Assembly (NCBI GenBank): GCA_043228905.1
Contig: JBHGNT010000022.1
Span: forward strand, 8,866,001 to 8,930,000
Length of the DNA stretch: 64,000 bases
Origin: Azolla caroliniana
Taxonomy: Eukaryota; Plantae; Polypodiophyta
Direction: 5' to 3'
Each line of letters opens with the position of its first letter. The first letter of the stretch is position 1. The notes beneath the pieces are model-generated. The model made no database searches, was not told the DNA's origin, and worked only from the letters and a program-made list of their open reading frames with translations. Positions 37,542-52,021 of this stretch are shown here, piece by piece. The translations under genes were made by a program, and so were the position numbers.

Positions 37542-40168
37542 CCGTGCCGCGATGAAGGAAGAGATGCATGTGTTATCAAACAATGAGACTTGGAACCTGG
37601 TTGACACACCAAAAGGTGTGAAGCCGATTGGATGCACATGGGTGTACAAGGTGAAGTACAACACCGACGGCTCAGTCAACCGATACAAGGCCTGGTTAGT
37701 GGCGAAAGGCTACGCGTAGAAGCACGACGTCGATTATGATGAGACCTTCGCACCTGTCGCGAATATGACCATTGTTTGTGTTCTGTTGGCCATAGCAGCG
37801 GCGAAGGGGTGGCACTTACATCAGATGGATGTAAAGAATGTGTTCCTGCAAGGTGATCTTGAGGAACATGTGTACATGGTACAGCCCCCCGGATTTCTAT
37901 CCGACCGGAACACCTCGGAAGTTTGGCGACTGAAGAAGTCCCTCTACGGACTAAAGCAAGCCCCACGCGCATGGAACGCAAAGATCATGCAACGTCCGGA
38001 TCGTATGGGGTTTACGACATCCAAATCGGACTCTTCATTGTTCGTTCGGCAAGGTCAACATGGACCAGTCAGTCTTTTACTTTATGTTGATGATCTAGTC
38101 ATTATCGGTGCTGACCTAGATGAAATTGGCCACGTAAAGTCTTAGCTTGCGGCATCCTTCGACATGAAGGATCTAGGGGACCTTCAATACTTCCTAGGGA
38201 TCGAAGTGATCCCCACTACCGAAGGCATACTAATCAGCCAACGTCATTACGTGCTGAATATGCTCTTCAAGGTCGGGATGGCAGATTGTAAGCCCATCTC
38301 CACCCCTCTGGATAGAAACGCAAAGCTTCGCCGAGATTCGGGAAAGGCTTGTGACCCGACACAGTTCCAATAGATCGTCGGAAGCCTAATCTATTTGAAG
38401 ATCACTCGCTCGGATCTTAGTTACCCGGTCGGCTTGATCAGTCAATTTATGTCACAACCCACGTCTGAACATTTTCAGTGCGCGTTGAGAATATTGTGAT
38501 ATGTTAGTGGTACTAAGGACATTGCGTTGTTATATCAGGCAGGAGTAGCCGAACAGTTAGTTGGCTACACAGATGTCGATTGGGCCAGAAATACCAGTGA
38601 TCGCCAATCAACATCAGGATACGCATTCTCGTTGGGAAGTGCGCCGATCGTGTGGAGCAGTAAGAAGTAGCCAACATTGGCACTGTCGAGCATGGAGGCT
38701 GAGTACGAAGTCATTTGGCTCAAAAGACTACTCAAGGATCTGCATGTGGAGGTGTTCGCTCCAACGTCTACTACGACAACCTCAGCAACATCCAACTTGC
38801 AAAAAACCCCGTATTCTACGCCCGGACCAAGCACATTGAGTTGCACTACCATTTTGTCCGCGAGCGTGTCCTTTCTAGTGACGTTGAACTTAGTGTATGT
38901 TCCAACGGGTCGCCAGACTGCCGATATTTTCACCAAGCCTCTTGGTCTCAACAAGTTGTGGCAATTCTCAGTGTGCTTTCGTTGCGCCACCTTGACATGC
39001 TGAACTTGAGGGGGAGACAAGAACAAGAGTGTGAGAGGAGCGGAAGTGACTGCGATTCCAAGTTGGATGAAGATTTCGATTTCGGCTCGGTTGTAGAAGC
39101 CGAAGGAGAAGAAAGGGGTGGAAATTGCAGGGAAGAGCCGAAGACAGCCAAGCTAGGGGGAGATAAAGCCAAGAAGGGCGAAAAGGCCAAGAAAAAGAAT
39201 CAACTGCAGGCCAAGCGGAGGAAAGGGCAGCGAAAGAGGCACCAACACCGCGATAACAAGGCAGCTGAGAAGGGCCACACGAGCAGACAAGCCGACTGAA
39301 AGGGTCGAAGCACGCGGAATTGAATGGGTCGAGGAGCGCGAGCAAGGCGTGAAGCCAAGAGAACCCGGAATGAAGATCCAGAAGAGCAGACAGAACCACA
39401 AGTTGAGCTTGAGGGGGAGTGTTGAGATACAAGCTCAACATTGGGTGCATAAACCGGTCCGTAAACCAGTGCATAGACTGGGTGCGTAAACCGGGTGCGC
39501 AACGAGAGGTCGTAGCGATGCTTAAACCGGGAGGCCGTTGGAAAGATATTCCGTGGAGGAATATATTTTGGGAGTTAGTGTAGGGGCTCATTGATGAGCA
39601 TTTAAGTACGTGTCAATACTTCTATCAGTCCGTATGGACTTGTATAAAAGTGCTCTCTGAGCACATCCTATGTACAGAGTGTTATTTTCTTGGAATAGAA
39701 TTGTTGTCTACTCTCTCTCTCTCTATCTATCTCTCCTTCTTCTTCTTCTCTCGGTGTTTCACTGAACTATCATATTTTTGAACTGTGTACTCTATGTCTT
39801 TTATGCACACGCTTCCACACGTATTCCTTTACATCCATCTATGAAATTATTGTATTGTATAAGATTCAACTTATTACATTGTAGATTCATCGCTAGAACT
39901 TTCAAGAAACTTCTAGAGAATGCATCTTCATGCACTCTCTAGAAGTTTTCTAGCTTTCATGCATACCTCCACCAATTACGAAAGCATAATTCAGTTCTTG
40001 TTCTTTTATCTATTTTCTCTCTCTCTCTCTTGCTTGTTCTCTTGTCTATGCTCTCTCTCCCGCTATCTCTTAGTATTGAGCCTCGTCTACTTGTCCGTGA
40101 CGGTCTTGTTCTCTTGCTTATGCTCTCACTCTCTCTTAGTATTTAGCCTCAACCACCCGTTCATGACA

Positions 40169-40330
40169 CTAGGTTGGGTTGATTTTCGTGAGCTCCTTTG
40201 ATGTAGCTCCAATAGCCTTGACCTACAAGGTATTGGTGCATCTTGTATTCCCAAGATGCAAAATTTGATCTGTCGAGTTTCTCAGTGGGCAGAGCACTTC
40301 CCATCTGAGTGTTCATTTTTCTCCTCTGTT
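40169..40330 (-). pseudogene. Ty1/copia gag N-terminal fragment
   Basis: MGSALPTEKLDRSNFASWEYKMHQYLVGQGYWSY, homologous to the Copia A and C gag starts. Confidence 0.85.
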
Positions 40331-40598
40331 GTTGAGCCGGTTGTGTTTGATCGCCGGCGAGTAATACAACACAGTTGAGTGAATCAAACTTTGGTTGTGA
40401 ATAATACAACTACATCTTGTGTGCCTCTCTATCTTACTATCTTTTTGTTGCTAATTTTGTTATTAAGTTGTCTTAGACTGAAATCTTCTGTTCATCTTTT
40501 TTATGTCTATCAATCTGTCTTCTTCACACTATAGTGTTGATTTGTTATCCACTCACTGGCGACCTTGTCTACAACTTGGGCTACCTCGACTCCGATTG

Positions 40599-43500
40599 TA
40601 TTAGAGACATAGACTAATGTAAGCATTAGATAAGGATAGAATATAGATAGATAGATAGATAGATAAAAAGGAGAGAGAGAAAAAAGGGTGCCAATCCACC
40701 CAACCACCCCCGAGTGAAGGGATCGAGACAGACTCGAGCCTCGATCGGCGTCCCATACCACCGTTGTGGCGTCCAGTCGTACCTGGTGCTGGCGCGCTCG
40801 CTACAAGAGTTGACCCACCACAAGACAGAGTCTCGACGTAGTCAACAAGATGATCAAATGAGGGTAGCTAGGCCTCTTATTTATAGCGATACCCAAGGCC
40901 CCCAGCCATGTTCACACTTGGCCTAATGGGTTGTCTCAATCCCGAGGATTTAAAAGTAATCCTCCCCTTCTTTACACTCTCGTTTAACCCTCACACTTAT
41001 CCACGTGTATAGAATACTACGGTAAATTCTCACCACGGGATATTATATGGTCATGCCCATAACATACTCCCCCTCTTTAAAACATTGCACTCTTGCAATG
41101 GAAAGTTAGGGAAGTTAGTTTTGAGAGTATTTTCGCATTCCCATGTGGCATCTTTTATTGATTTGTCCATCCATTTTATTTTAAATTCTTGGATTTCTTT
41201 AGTACGTAATTTTTTTGTTTTAACATCGAGAATTCTTTATGGTACATGTGGTTTAGAAGATAATTCTTCAAAAGTAACCAAAGTTTCAATTGTAACTGTA
41301 TTATCGCCATAACCTAGAAGTTCTTTTAGACGACTCACATGAAAAACTGGATGAATTTCAACACCATCAGGAAGAGCAAGATGATAGGCTAATGACCCAA
41401 TGCGTTTGAGGACTGTAAAAGGTCCACAAAACCGTGGGGCTAACTTAGCGCACTTACCCGTAGACAATGTCTTAGAATTGTGAGGTACACGTAAAAATAC
41501 CTTCTGTCCAAGGTTGAATACACAAGGTTGCCTATGATGATCGACATAAAAACGCGCTCTATCTTGAGCTGTTTTTATATTATCTCGTGCAATATGCAAC
41601 ATATCTTGCATATCCCGAAAAAAGTTTTGCGTACTTCGCAACTCATCATGATGTATATTAACATCAATCGGGGCTCGTGGCTGAAAACCATACATCAACA
41701 TAAAAGGACTATATCCCGTCGACGTATGCTTGGAGCTGTTATAAGCAAACTCCACAATTGGGAGATAACGTTCCCATTTTGTTGGTTTTGCACCAACGTA
41801 TGCTCGAAGCATGTCTTCAATAATTTGATTTACTCGTTCTGTTTGTCCATCGGATTGAGGATGATCCGTGGAGCTCATGCTCAACATAGTTTCTAACTTC
41901 TTGAAGACTTTGGATCTCGATCACTCACGATATCCATCGATAACCCATAAAAACGAAATAACTCGTCAACGAATTGGTAAGCCAATTCAGGAGTTGTTAC
42001 CGTGGTTTTAGTAGCAATAAATCTGGCCATTTTAGTTAGTCTATCAACCACAACCCAGATGGCATCATGGCCTTTTTGGGTGCGAGGAAGGCTAACAATA
42101 AAATCCATGGATATACTTTTCCACTTATTATTAGGAATGTCCAAGGGATGTAAAAGTCCTGCGGCTTTAAGTCGCTCGGCTTTGTTAACCTAACATTGGT
42201 GGCATTTAGTCATATAGTTATGTATGTCAGGACGCATCTTAGGCCAATAAAATTGAGTGGAGATGAGAACGAGTGTACGATGTATTCCAGGGTGCCTTGC
42301 TGAGGGTGCATCATGGTATTCAAAAAGAATCCTCTTTTTGACCTCGGGTAAATCTAGAACACAAACCTTCCCATTACGGTGGAGCAGACCGTTAGCAATG
42401 TGGAAGTATTCCTTCGAGGATGTGGTGGTGTCTGTTCCAGACTCAACTCTTGCCTAGTATTTTGCAAAATAACTGTCATCAGGATACTTTCCTCGAAGGT
42501 GATCATAAAGATCTGATGTTATTTCAATGAAGCTAAGCATGTTAACTTCACGGATGCGACTTAGTGCATCAGCGACAATGTTCATGGAACATTTACGATA
42601 TCGTATGGAAAAATCAAAGTCCTAGAAGAGATCAGCCCATCGTGCCATACGACCTTTCAGGTCTTGTTGGTCACAAAAATATTTCAAGGACTCGTGGTTC
42701 ATAGTTACCACAAAGCGATTTCCATAAAGATAATGGCGCCATGTTTTGAGTGCATGTATAACTGCAAATAATTCATTTTCTTGAACGGTATACCGACATT
42801 GAGCAGAATCAAGTTTCTTACTCTCGAATGCTATTGGTTTACCGTCTTGATATAAGACAACACCTATAGCATAATCGCTTGCATCGATTTCAACCTCAAA
42901 AGGGTTTGAAGGATCAGGTAAAAGAAGTGAAGGAGCCTTGCAAACCAGGTCCTTGAGTTCCTTAAATGTGAGGTCTAGTGTAGCATTCCACACAATAGGT
43001 TTTGTAGACTTACGCATTTGACCTTTTAGAAGATCAGTAAACAGCGTCATCAATTGGGAGTAATTACAAAGGGATTTTCGCAAAAACTCGACAAAACCAA
43101 GGAATGATCGAACTTCTCGAATATTCCGAAGAGTGGGCCAAAGCTTGATTTTCTCGATGCGAGAAGGATCAATTTCAACTCCTTGTTCAGTTATGAGATG
43201 TCCAAGATAAGTAATTGATTTCTTGAAGAACTCACATTTTAAGATAAGTAATTGATTTCTTGAAGAACTCACATTTTAAGATCTTTGCGTAAAACTGTTT
43301 GTCACGCAATGTCTGTAAAACAAAGCGGACATGTTTAGCATGTTCTTGTAATGTACGGCTATAAACTAAAATATCATCCAAGAAAATAACGACAAATTTT
43401 CCAAGTTGTTCTCGGAAAATTTCATTCATTTCTTGTTGAAATGTAGCCGGAGCATTGGTCAAACCAAAAGGCATAACCAAAAACTCATAATGACCATAGC

Positions 43501-46500
43501 GCGTACAAAATGTCGTTTTAGGAACATCCTCCTCACTTATACGAATTTGATGGTCGCCAGTACGGAGATCAAGTTTCGTAAAATAACGAGCTCCTTGAAG
43601 ACGGTCAATTAGATCGTCAGCCCGGGGCAATGGATACAAATTCTTGATTGTCACTTTATTCAAGCGCCAGTAATTAATACACATACACCATGTGCCCTCT
43701 TTCTTTTTAACCAAGAGAACTGGTGCACCCCATGGAGATTCACTATAACGTATATAACCCATTCGTAAATAGTCCTTGAGTTTCTTAGATACCTCATCCT
43801 CTTTAGATCGACTTAAGCGATAAGGAGGTATACTTATTGGTGCAACGCTAGGTACAATATCTATACAATGGTCTATATTACGTTTAGGAGGTAACCCATC
43901 TGGTAGTTCATTCGGAAAAACATCATGAAAATCATTTAAGATTTCATCAAGTTGTTGTTGTTCAAAATATGTTAATTGAACCGAGACATTATCGATATTG
44001 TAAATGTGAATGCCTGGATCAAGTACACAATAAAATAGAGTAGAACAAGACAACTCGGATATTGATGGACACGAGGAAACAATTGAGAGGGATTGTTTTT
44101 TGACACATTGAATAAAATGAGTACAATCGTTCAGTACAAAAGTTATTGAATGATGAACCCAATCAATAGATAAAGAAGAGTTTTTATTATAAAACCAGGG
44201 ATAACCCAATATTACATTGGTGGTACAAAGATTCATTAGATGGAAGTCTACTTCCTCTATATAAGTGTCAATAGAAATTCCTAATGAATGAATCGCCCCG
44301 TTGATGTATTGTACTCTTCAATCAGCCAAGTGCACCGTATAGGTGTGATCACTTACGGTGGGTTGGATTCCCCATATCTGAACCAAACGATCATTCACAA
44401 AGTTGTGTGAGCTTCCCGAATCAAATAAAAACTGTACGGGAGATCCATTGATATACCCGTTTGCACATAGTAAATCATTGGGACCCAATACATAGTGAGG
44501 GAAAGAACATTGGCAATTACTTAAATGATGTGTATAGACCTGAAGGACATTAGGAATCTGACCTTTATGGTCTGCAGCTTTAGCTTTGTTGTTGTGCTCT
44601 TTCCGTTGGAGCTTTCGACATTGCTCTTTTGTATGACCCTTCTTTTTGCAGAATACGCAAAAAGGATGTTGTCGTTTACAATCGCAATCCATGAATTCGT
44701 TGGGTGTCTTGCGTTTCCCAACGAATTGCGACTGCTTAGTCCTGGGCGCTTCGTTGGGTTTGTTGTGGTCCTTCTTCGAAGTGCGTTGATAGTGAAGAAC
44801 TATTTCAACGGCCTCTTCGAAGGATTTTGGATCCTTGTCGTGCACTATCCAGTGATAGTCCGAATTGGGGATGCCATTAACAAAACAAGCTATTAACCAG
44901 TTGTCCCCTTCTAGACCCGATTTTTGGATTTGGGTTCTAGCATGGTGGACATAGTCTTCTAGCAAGGAAAATTCCTGATTAGGGAGGTTCATTAAAGCTT
45001 GTGCTGCCTCGGTTCGAGAGGGAGGTTGTAGAAATTGGCCCTTAAAAACTGTGACAAAATCTGTCCAGGTATCGGGCAATTTCCCCAAAGTACGAAGCCC
45101 ACGCCACCAGGTGGCGGCCTTACTCCCTAGTTCTTGGCTGACATATGCAATCTTCGTACTATCTGGTGTGGGATAGAGCTCAAAATGAGACTCTCATCGG
45201 CCCAGCCACGTGCAGATTGCTTCTTCGGTTCTTTCCTTTTTTTCTCCCATAAATGGCTTAACGACAAATGATGGTTCACCCTGTTGCTCATCAGGTCTAT
45301 TAGTCTCACGTTGTAAACTAATGACACGTGCCTTGAGAGCACTTTGAGATTGCTGAAGTTCGGTCATCTGTTGAGCAGTGAAACTAAGGTATTGGGTTAT
45401 TTGCGAAAAATACATCTCAATGGACATTTGTCCAGGAGGATTCCCTTGAGTTCCTTCCGCTTGAGTGGATGTCATCAGGTCGTTATTTTGAGCCATTAAA
45501 TGATTATTTCTGGAAAAGAAATAGGATAAGGTCAAAGAGATAGTCATAACAACATGTTGTGATGTAAACATATCATGGGTGAACATTAATCGATATCATG
45601 ATCTCACGTCAATACCCCTCTAGATGTATGAGATGAGGTTCAAGATCAGGTTACTATGGTAACACAAAGGTGTTTTAAAAACCATGGGGGTGACAATTTA
45701 AAGTCTTTCCCTTATCTCTATATCAATTTTTTCATGGCGTCTCCCCGAGGCTCAACCATGTATGTTCGCGTCATGAATAGTTTATACACGAAAAAAATGT
45801 TAACAATAAACTATGTTTCGGTGCCCACATATGTGGTTTCGGCTCTTTAAGTCCTATTACGAGGACCCCGAAACGCACTTAGACCTCAAGTCTAAACATG
45901 TGTTATAGTCATATGTATCAACAATGTTGTATGGTCTTGGTTATATTTGAACTCGAGACCTTGAGAACAAAGGCATTAAACACTTGAGCCAACCAAGTAG
46001 GTTGCTCTTCTTGAATGTTTAATGTTTCATGCATATAAGAGATATGCAAGGCATGTGCCCATATATGTTTTTTTAAAAGAAACCTATGTGTCAAGAGTCC
46101 TTATTTCGCCCTCATTTACTACAACTATGTTGGTACGTTACCTAACCTCAAGTCTCGTAATTACGATGGCATACGCCAAAGTGCAACCTAATGGTCAAGC
46201 CAAATGAGCCCTCTTTTCATAGTAGGCCCACATGACCCATCACATGGTCACGTCATTACGAATGCTTCTCGTAAGAATGATCTCATGGTGGCATCGTATC
46301 CATGTAATGAGGGAGGGATGTTGGATATGTGTGTCATAGGAGCGACCTCACATGAAGTGGGTCAAGCCCTACGTACTCAACATCATTATGGCTATTGGCG
46401 TTTCTTTACATAACGAAATATCGAAGTCACCAACGGGGATTTCAACAATAAAAAATTGTTGAAAAAAGGGATGGTGACAACGCTATTCTCACAAAAATGT

Positions 46501-47550
46501 GAGGACAGCCACCAAGATCCTTTCCCCGAAAAGGAAAACATTTGATTTAGAATCACGTCATAACTTCTATACACATATGTATATTATCACATATATATGA
46601 TCAACTACACATACACGTGACCACATATGCCTATATTAAAGAAATCGTTATATTTAATAGCCAAAAATGACGTAATCGAGATACCTAATCGAGGCATATA
46701 CCTCTATGCACACGAGACATCCAAAAATAAGGGTTAATCGTAATACACAATTGAGGTATTGACCTCTTAACATTACGAGACCAAAAGCATATCATTTACA
46801 ACAAATCGAGGTATTGACCTCATACGCAAACATAACATATGTTTGTGAACGTAATACGCAATTGAGGTATTAACCTCGTGCGCATACGACACTCATCACA
46901 TATTCAATATACGTCAAATGAGGTATTTACCTTGTGCACATATGTAAACGTTTTATATAACCAATTAATTACCACTACAACATCATTGAATCTATAAAAA
47001 AAATTACATATTAACCATACACAAGATTAAATTGGGAGAAGAAAGAATAGAAAAAACAAGAAAGATTACCGAAGTTCCTTTGTTGATCCTTGTCTGCATG
47101 AAGGCCGACCGCACATCGATCGATCACCATCAATCAAGAACACAAAACACAACAAAAGAAACATTAGAAAATAAGCTCGGATACCAACTATTAGAGACAT
47201 AGACTAATGTAAGCATTAGATAAGGATAGAATATAGATAGATCGATAGATAGATAAAAAGGAGAGAAAGAAAGAAGGGTGTCGATCGACCCGACCACCCC
47301 CGAGCGAAGGGATCGAGACGGACTCGAGCCTCGATCGGCGTCCCATACCACCGCCGTGGCGTCGAGTCGAACCTGGTGCTGGCGCACTCGCTACAAGAGT
47401 TGACCCACCACAAGACAGAGTCTCGACATAGTCAACAAGATGATCAAATGAGGGTAGCTAGGCCTCTTATTTATAGCGATACCCAAGGCCCCCAGCCATG
47501 TTCACAGTTGGCTTAATGGGTTGTCTCAATCCCAAGGATTTAAAAGTAAT
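40599..47550 (-). mobile_element. iMet-primed chromovirus (Ty3/gypsy), degenerate; 3' LTR 40599-41064, truncated 5' LTR 47189-47550, leader of about 1.7 kb
   Basis: PBS TGGTATCCGAGC at 47175-47186; PPT at 41066; gag CVFC..GH..EQC, FLFDSGS, FLDD, IDASDYAIG, HPQSDGQTER, GPF and chromodomain ..FKIKW..DATWE. Confidence 0.92.
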
Positions 47551-47935
47551 GGCTATGTAGAATCTGATTGCACATGGGAGCCTATAGTCAATGTCACCAA
47601 CGTTGTTTCTTTACATCAAGAGTACCCCAACAAGCCACGTGGTTGGGCTATGGAGAATCCGATTGCACATGGGAGCCTATAGTCAATGTCACCAACATTG
47701 TTTCTTTCCATCAAGAGTACCCCAACAAGCCACACAAACACAACAATATCGAGTGTTGAGGAGGTGATGTTGCCAAGAGGATCACATTATCACATTAACG
47801 TGTGTGCAGGTGCTACTCGAGTGGGACCATGGAGGATGTGATGTCATAAAGAATCACCATTCTATGGCTAATGAAGGCTTGAACCCTACACCCCTTCTTT
47901 TACCGCTTATAGCCTTTACCATTTGGATATACACT
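47551..47935 (+). mobile_element. Remnant 3' end of another Tcn1-like element (duplicated chromodomain piece, PPT-like tract, LTR start TGTCA at 47842)
   Basis: WLGYGESDCTWEPIVNV..FHQEYPNKP present twice; antisense A/B boxes at 47876-47929. Confidence 0.7.
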
Positions 47936-50149
47936 TATTTTCTTCTTTTTCTATAATACTTTTGAAACTTACATATATATATTTGTGGGCATCCCATTTC
48001 CCTCATTTTCTCTACTTTCTACATTCGGACCCACCACATCACAATAACGTCACTTGTGTGTTTCCACATACTGCCAAGAGGGTCCATTGCCTTTCCTTGT
48101 ATTGTCAAGTGTAGTGTTGTACCTGCATCAAATGATGTGGTGTGTAAAAAGAAAAATTTCAATCTCAAGTACAAAGAAAAAATGAATTGGTCCTCTAAGG
48201 ACATGTTGACTCACAAAATTGTTAGTGATAGATAGATTTTTTTTTGGCATCCATTGGTAGGCAGAATATTTACCCATGGTGGAACCTAAGTACACAAGTT
48301 TTCCTTAAGTGTGTCTCCTTATGAAGGCATGAGTATTCAAACGCAAAGATTCAATGTGCAAAATTTATTTCCCTTGTGCTTCAAACGCAAGGAGGTGTAT
48401 GAAATGAAAATCGCAAGTACGAACACGAGGCTTATTTGCATTAGCAACTATAATGGATGCAAGGGCCCATCCAAAAGAGAGTATGCAAAAGTTTTAGAAC
48501 ACTATTTCAAAGCAAATGGCGCTTACAATTCTATCAATTGAGCGATTGTACATCAAAATATCTCATATCATTCTTATCATAGCAATTAGTAGTGAAGAGT
48601 CAAACTATTGGATACTATGGAGGATCTTGCATAAAGGTTTATGTGAACTAGTTAGCTTGTCCTCGGCCATCACACAATAGACTCGATTAAAACATTTATA
48701 GCTCCTTGGTAGCTAAAAAAGTGTGCCCAAACTTTTCTTTTACTTTCTCTCCTAATTTGTAGAGTAAATCTCGAACCTTGACAATCTAAACCAATCGATT
48801 GATAAGGGCACACAACATAAAAAATGATTATATACTAGTCTCCTAGGGTGAACCTATTAGAATCATGATTGATTGTTCAAAGGGCATGACGGTAGTTATG
48901 GTCAAGACTTTGGAGTTAGAACTTAGAATAGAAGTAAAGCTCCATGAATTTGACCTTTGTATAGTTTTGAGTCTCAATGTGGCAAGGCACCCATATAACG
49001 GAATTAATATAAAATACCATACAATTAAGAGGTGATGGAATATAGAGGCTAGTCTTTTGTAATATTCTGAGTCACTAGGGTCCCAAGCAACACCCCAAGT
49101 GGGGGGTTTAAGGTAACATTCTCAACCGTGAGTATGTCAATTGTGTATTATTATTATTTATGGGGATAGTTTATTTTATTAGTATATACATTACAAGTGG
49201 CTCATTTAATGGAGACCTTAAAATATCATGTAAAAGTTTTGCTCTCTTTCTTAATCATTTAGTTACGGTTGCAAATTGATGCTTCATTTCTCTTTTATTG
49301 ATTGGCATTTGATAATGTCCATGTAGTTGAGAAAATTTTAAACAAGAAAGATATCATACATGGATCAAAAGTCATTCATGAGACAAAATAACCACCTCAC
49401 ACATGTTTTAGTGCATCTCGTATTCACCTGATCGACACATCTCTCCTCGGTGCATAGCTTACTAAGTGTTCCTAAGTGTGAGATGGCTAAACATGCTTGA
49501 CCATGTTTATGTTTTGGGAAACGAGATTGTCTAATCATATAATTATGGATTGTTTGGAATAGATAAAGCAACTCTAAACAATTAATTGGCTTTTTATATT
49601 CTAAAACACAGTTCTAACAAAGAGATTGAGATGAGCATGATCATTTGTCCTAACAAAGCATGATTGCCAAAGTTTAAGGATGAAATTTTTATAAATCAAG
49701 GTGAAAATATATCCAAAGTTCACTATCATCAAGCCAAAGTTGGAACTTCACATTTAATTATCAACCTGTTTTACTTTTTAACCATGTTTTAAATGCTAGA
49801 ATAAAGTTCAAAATCAAATATCCAATTTTCATTCTACACTAAATGTTCTCTTTAATTAGATTCTTTTATTTTGCGAAGAAAAGATTAGCATAAAACAACA
49901 AGAATCCATTACTACATAAGCACACTATACAATTGTTGTTGCACTATACAAGCTCAAGTATCCTAAAACTATAGTATATACATTTGTTGTGAGCCTCATA
50001 ACTCCGAGTTTAGGGACAAAACTGAATGGCAAATTTGAGGGGAAATTTTGATGGGTAACATATTGTATGTATAAGGCACATGACAAAGGTAGAATGAGCT
50101 TGCACATACGAGATGATTGGCAACTTTGAAGGCAGATGATGGATAACTT

Positions 50150-50335
50150 TCATTCATGACATTCATCAATGTCATTGAGTGTTGGAAATCTTCTAATATC
50201 TTGTTTGCAGAGGGGACAAGTTGGACGTAATTTAAGCCACTCATCAATACACTCGATGTGAAAGGTATGGGCACATGTAAGTTTTCGAAGTTGAACACCA
50301 TTTGAGTAATTTGTGAGGCAAATACAACATGAACC
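50150..50335 (-). CDS. TM + RING-H2 E3 ubiquitin ligase, exon 3 (RING-H2)
   Basis: GTAG| phase-0 acceptor, then GSCCICLTNYSNGVQLRKLTCAHTFHIECIDEWLKLRPTCPLCKQDI...HE*; all eight C3H2C3 ligands present. Confidence 0.9.
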   Translation of the reverse strand, partial: GSCCICLTNYSNGVQLRKLTCAHTFHIECIDEWLKLRPTCPLCKQDIRRFPTLNDIDECHE

Positions 50336-52021
50336 CTACAAATCAAAATATATATCTATGTTATTTAAACATTTTGTATTATTTATATGGTTAGTATTAT
50401 AATTATTGATAACTTTCTATGCAAAGAAAGGATCAATTAATGAGTCATGATTCAAGACAGTGTTCATGAACTTGTGAACTATAAAACCAATTCATGTATA
50501 TCAAACTTGCAATTAAACTTTTTGAAAGTCCATATAGTAAGATGTATGTTGGGATAAGTATGCCATGAATGCCTATTTGATCGGTAACTTATTAAAGAGG
50601 CAAAAATTGCATAGTGTGGGTCACAAGATTGTGCCCAGTAGTCATTCTTGGCAATTATATTCCATGAATTTAATTCTGCCTTGACATTGAGTTTTAATGA
50701 CAACATAAAGTGGACTCTTCTTCCCATGCATTTAAGAACTTTTTTGTATGCTTTTGATTGATTCACATTCAACTTTTCTAGAAACAAATCAAGTCTATGC
50801 ACAAGTATCTCAACATGTTGTATCAAATGCTTGACATCTATATGATTATGAGTCACTCTAAAACACATGACGAATATGAGAGTTGATAAAGATGTGTCCT
50901 TTAAAGTGCGATCTTATCTAGAGAACAATCTACACTTTGGGACACTATATGAAGACAATAATGGGAGGGATTAATTATACATTTTTACCCCCTTTAAGAA
51001 AATGAATATAATATAAACAATCTGACGTGTGTGATGTCCTTCACCTAGAAATGATCACACACATAGGCATATACACATACAACAAAGGCTATAATGGAAC
51101 ATTACATTATTTGAGTTCAAGAAATAGAGAAAGATATATTAAGCTAAGATCCCAAAATGACCTATAAACCAATGAGAGATTAAATCTTAAAATGTTGTCT
51201 CATCTTTGCTATGGATTTTCCTATGTGATAATTGCTAGTATGCTGAAGAGAGAAAGATTCACCCTCTCTCCTTAATTTTATCAACAACTTATTGGGAGTA
51301 GGATTGACAACACCCTTAATATGAGGGGGGTATTTTGGATATTTTGTTGAGTTAAAATTTAAGAAGTGGATTGAAGCAACCCATTCCTTTTAATGGAGTA
51401 TTAGATCTAGCATGCGAAGTAATGCCATGTCAACATTTTATAGCATTAATACTAGGTCCTTCATGTGCCAACATCATATTAAGTGTTGCCTTACAATGAG
51501 ATAAAACATTGTGAAATGCTTCCTAGGTGGTGCATAATTGAAATTTGAAGAATTCACAATAGCCAACTTATTAAAAGAAAGTGCTTAACAACCTAGATGG
51601 TGACATGAAGGGTAATAGCTTCCGTAGGGAGGACAAATTTTCAAACAAGAGGCCATATTTTCGTGAGACATGATGTGTTTGAAAAGAAAGATAGTGAGGT
51701 TCCCACTCATGATTTAAAATCTTGACCAAAGCTAGAGTATGGATGAACAATGAACTTTTGAAGAGAGAGAGAGAGAGAGAGATTTGGATCGTCAACAAAT
51801 CCAAAGTTATTAGTCTTGAGGGTGTGGATCCAAGAGAGATCCAAAATTCATGTTAAGAAAGTCATGGTGGTGTTTTCTCTTTGGTAATGAAAGCTATTAT
51901 TTAGAAGAAAAGGGAAGAAGAAAGAAAGATATATTAACGTCTTCTAAGACCAAATTTGGCCCATGTTGAGTGGAGAAATATTTATAGTAGGAAGAAGAGA
52001 GAGCGTGTGAGAGAGACTTAC

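Larger units (their letters stand above)
23537..39833 (+). mobile_element. Ty1/copia element C, degenerate, with duplicated 5' LTR-PBS-leader and part of integrase deleted
   Basis: TSD TCCAT (23532-23536, 39834-39838); 5' LTR 23537-23963 and partial copy to 24406, each followed by TGGTATCAGA; 3' LTR 39420-39833; gag/PR/INT 24513-26396; RT/RNase H 37542-39020. Confidence 0.95.
23027..40168 (+). mobile_element. 3' end of Tcn1-like chromovirus T3 (INT C-terminus, chromodomain, PPT, 3' LTR 23446-23536 + 39834-40168 split by Copia C)
   Basis: IATTRPCPKLDYKKLGPF..IHNVFHVSLLEP..PPPP..EEYEVDQIL; PPT AGAGGGAGGATAA; TGTCA start and TGACA end. Confidence 0.8.

Noticed and set aside
1-40330. Copia fragments at 1-935 and 40169-40330 as one outermost host element
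   Set aside because: Same strand and plausible order, but intervening domains and matching TSDs are missing
46691-46933. CRISPR array
   Set aside because: Repeats are only 14 bp and imperfect, the context is a eukaryotic retrotransposon, and no cas genes are present
48100-49600. Short ORFs and possible old TE debris
   Set aside because: No identifiable domain or terminal structure
49996-50346. 116-aa ORF from the track
   Set aside because: Shadow frame; the RING-H2 exon lies in another frame on the same strand
50479-50868. 129-aa ORF
   Set aside because: No recognisable motif; lies within the predicted RING gene intron
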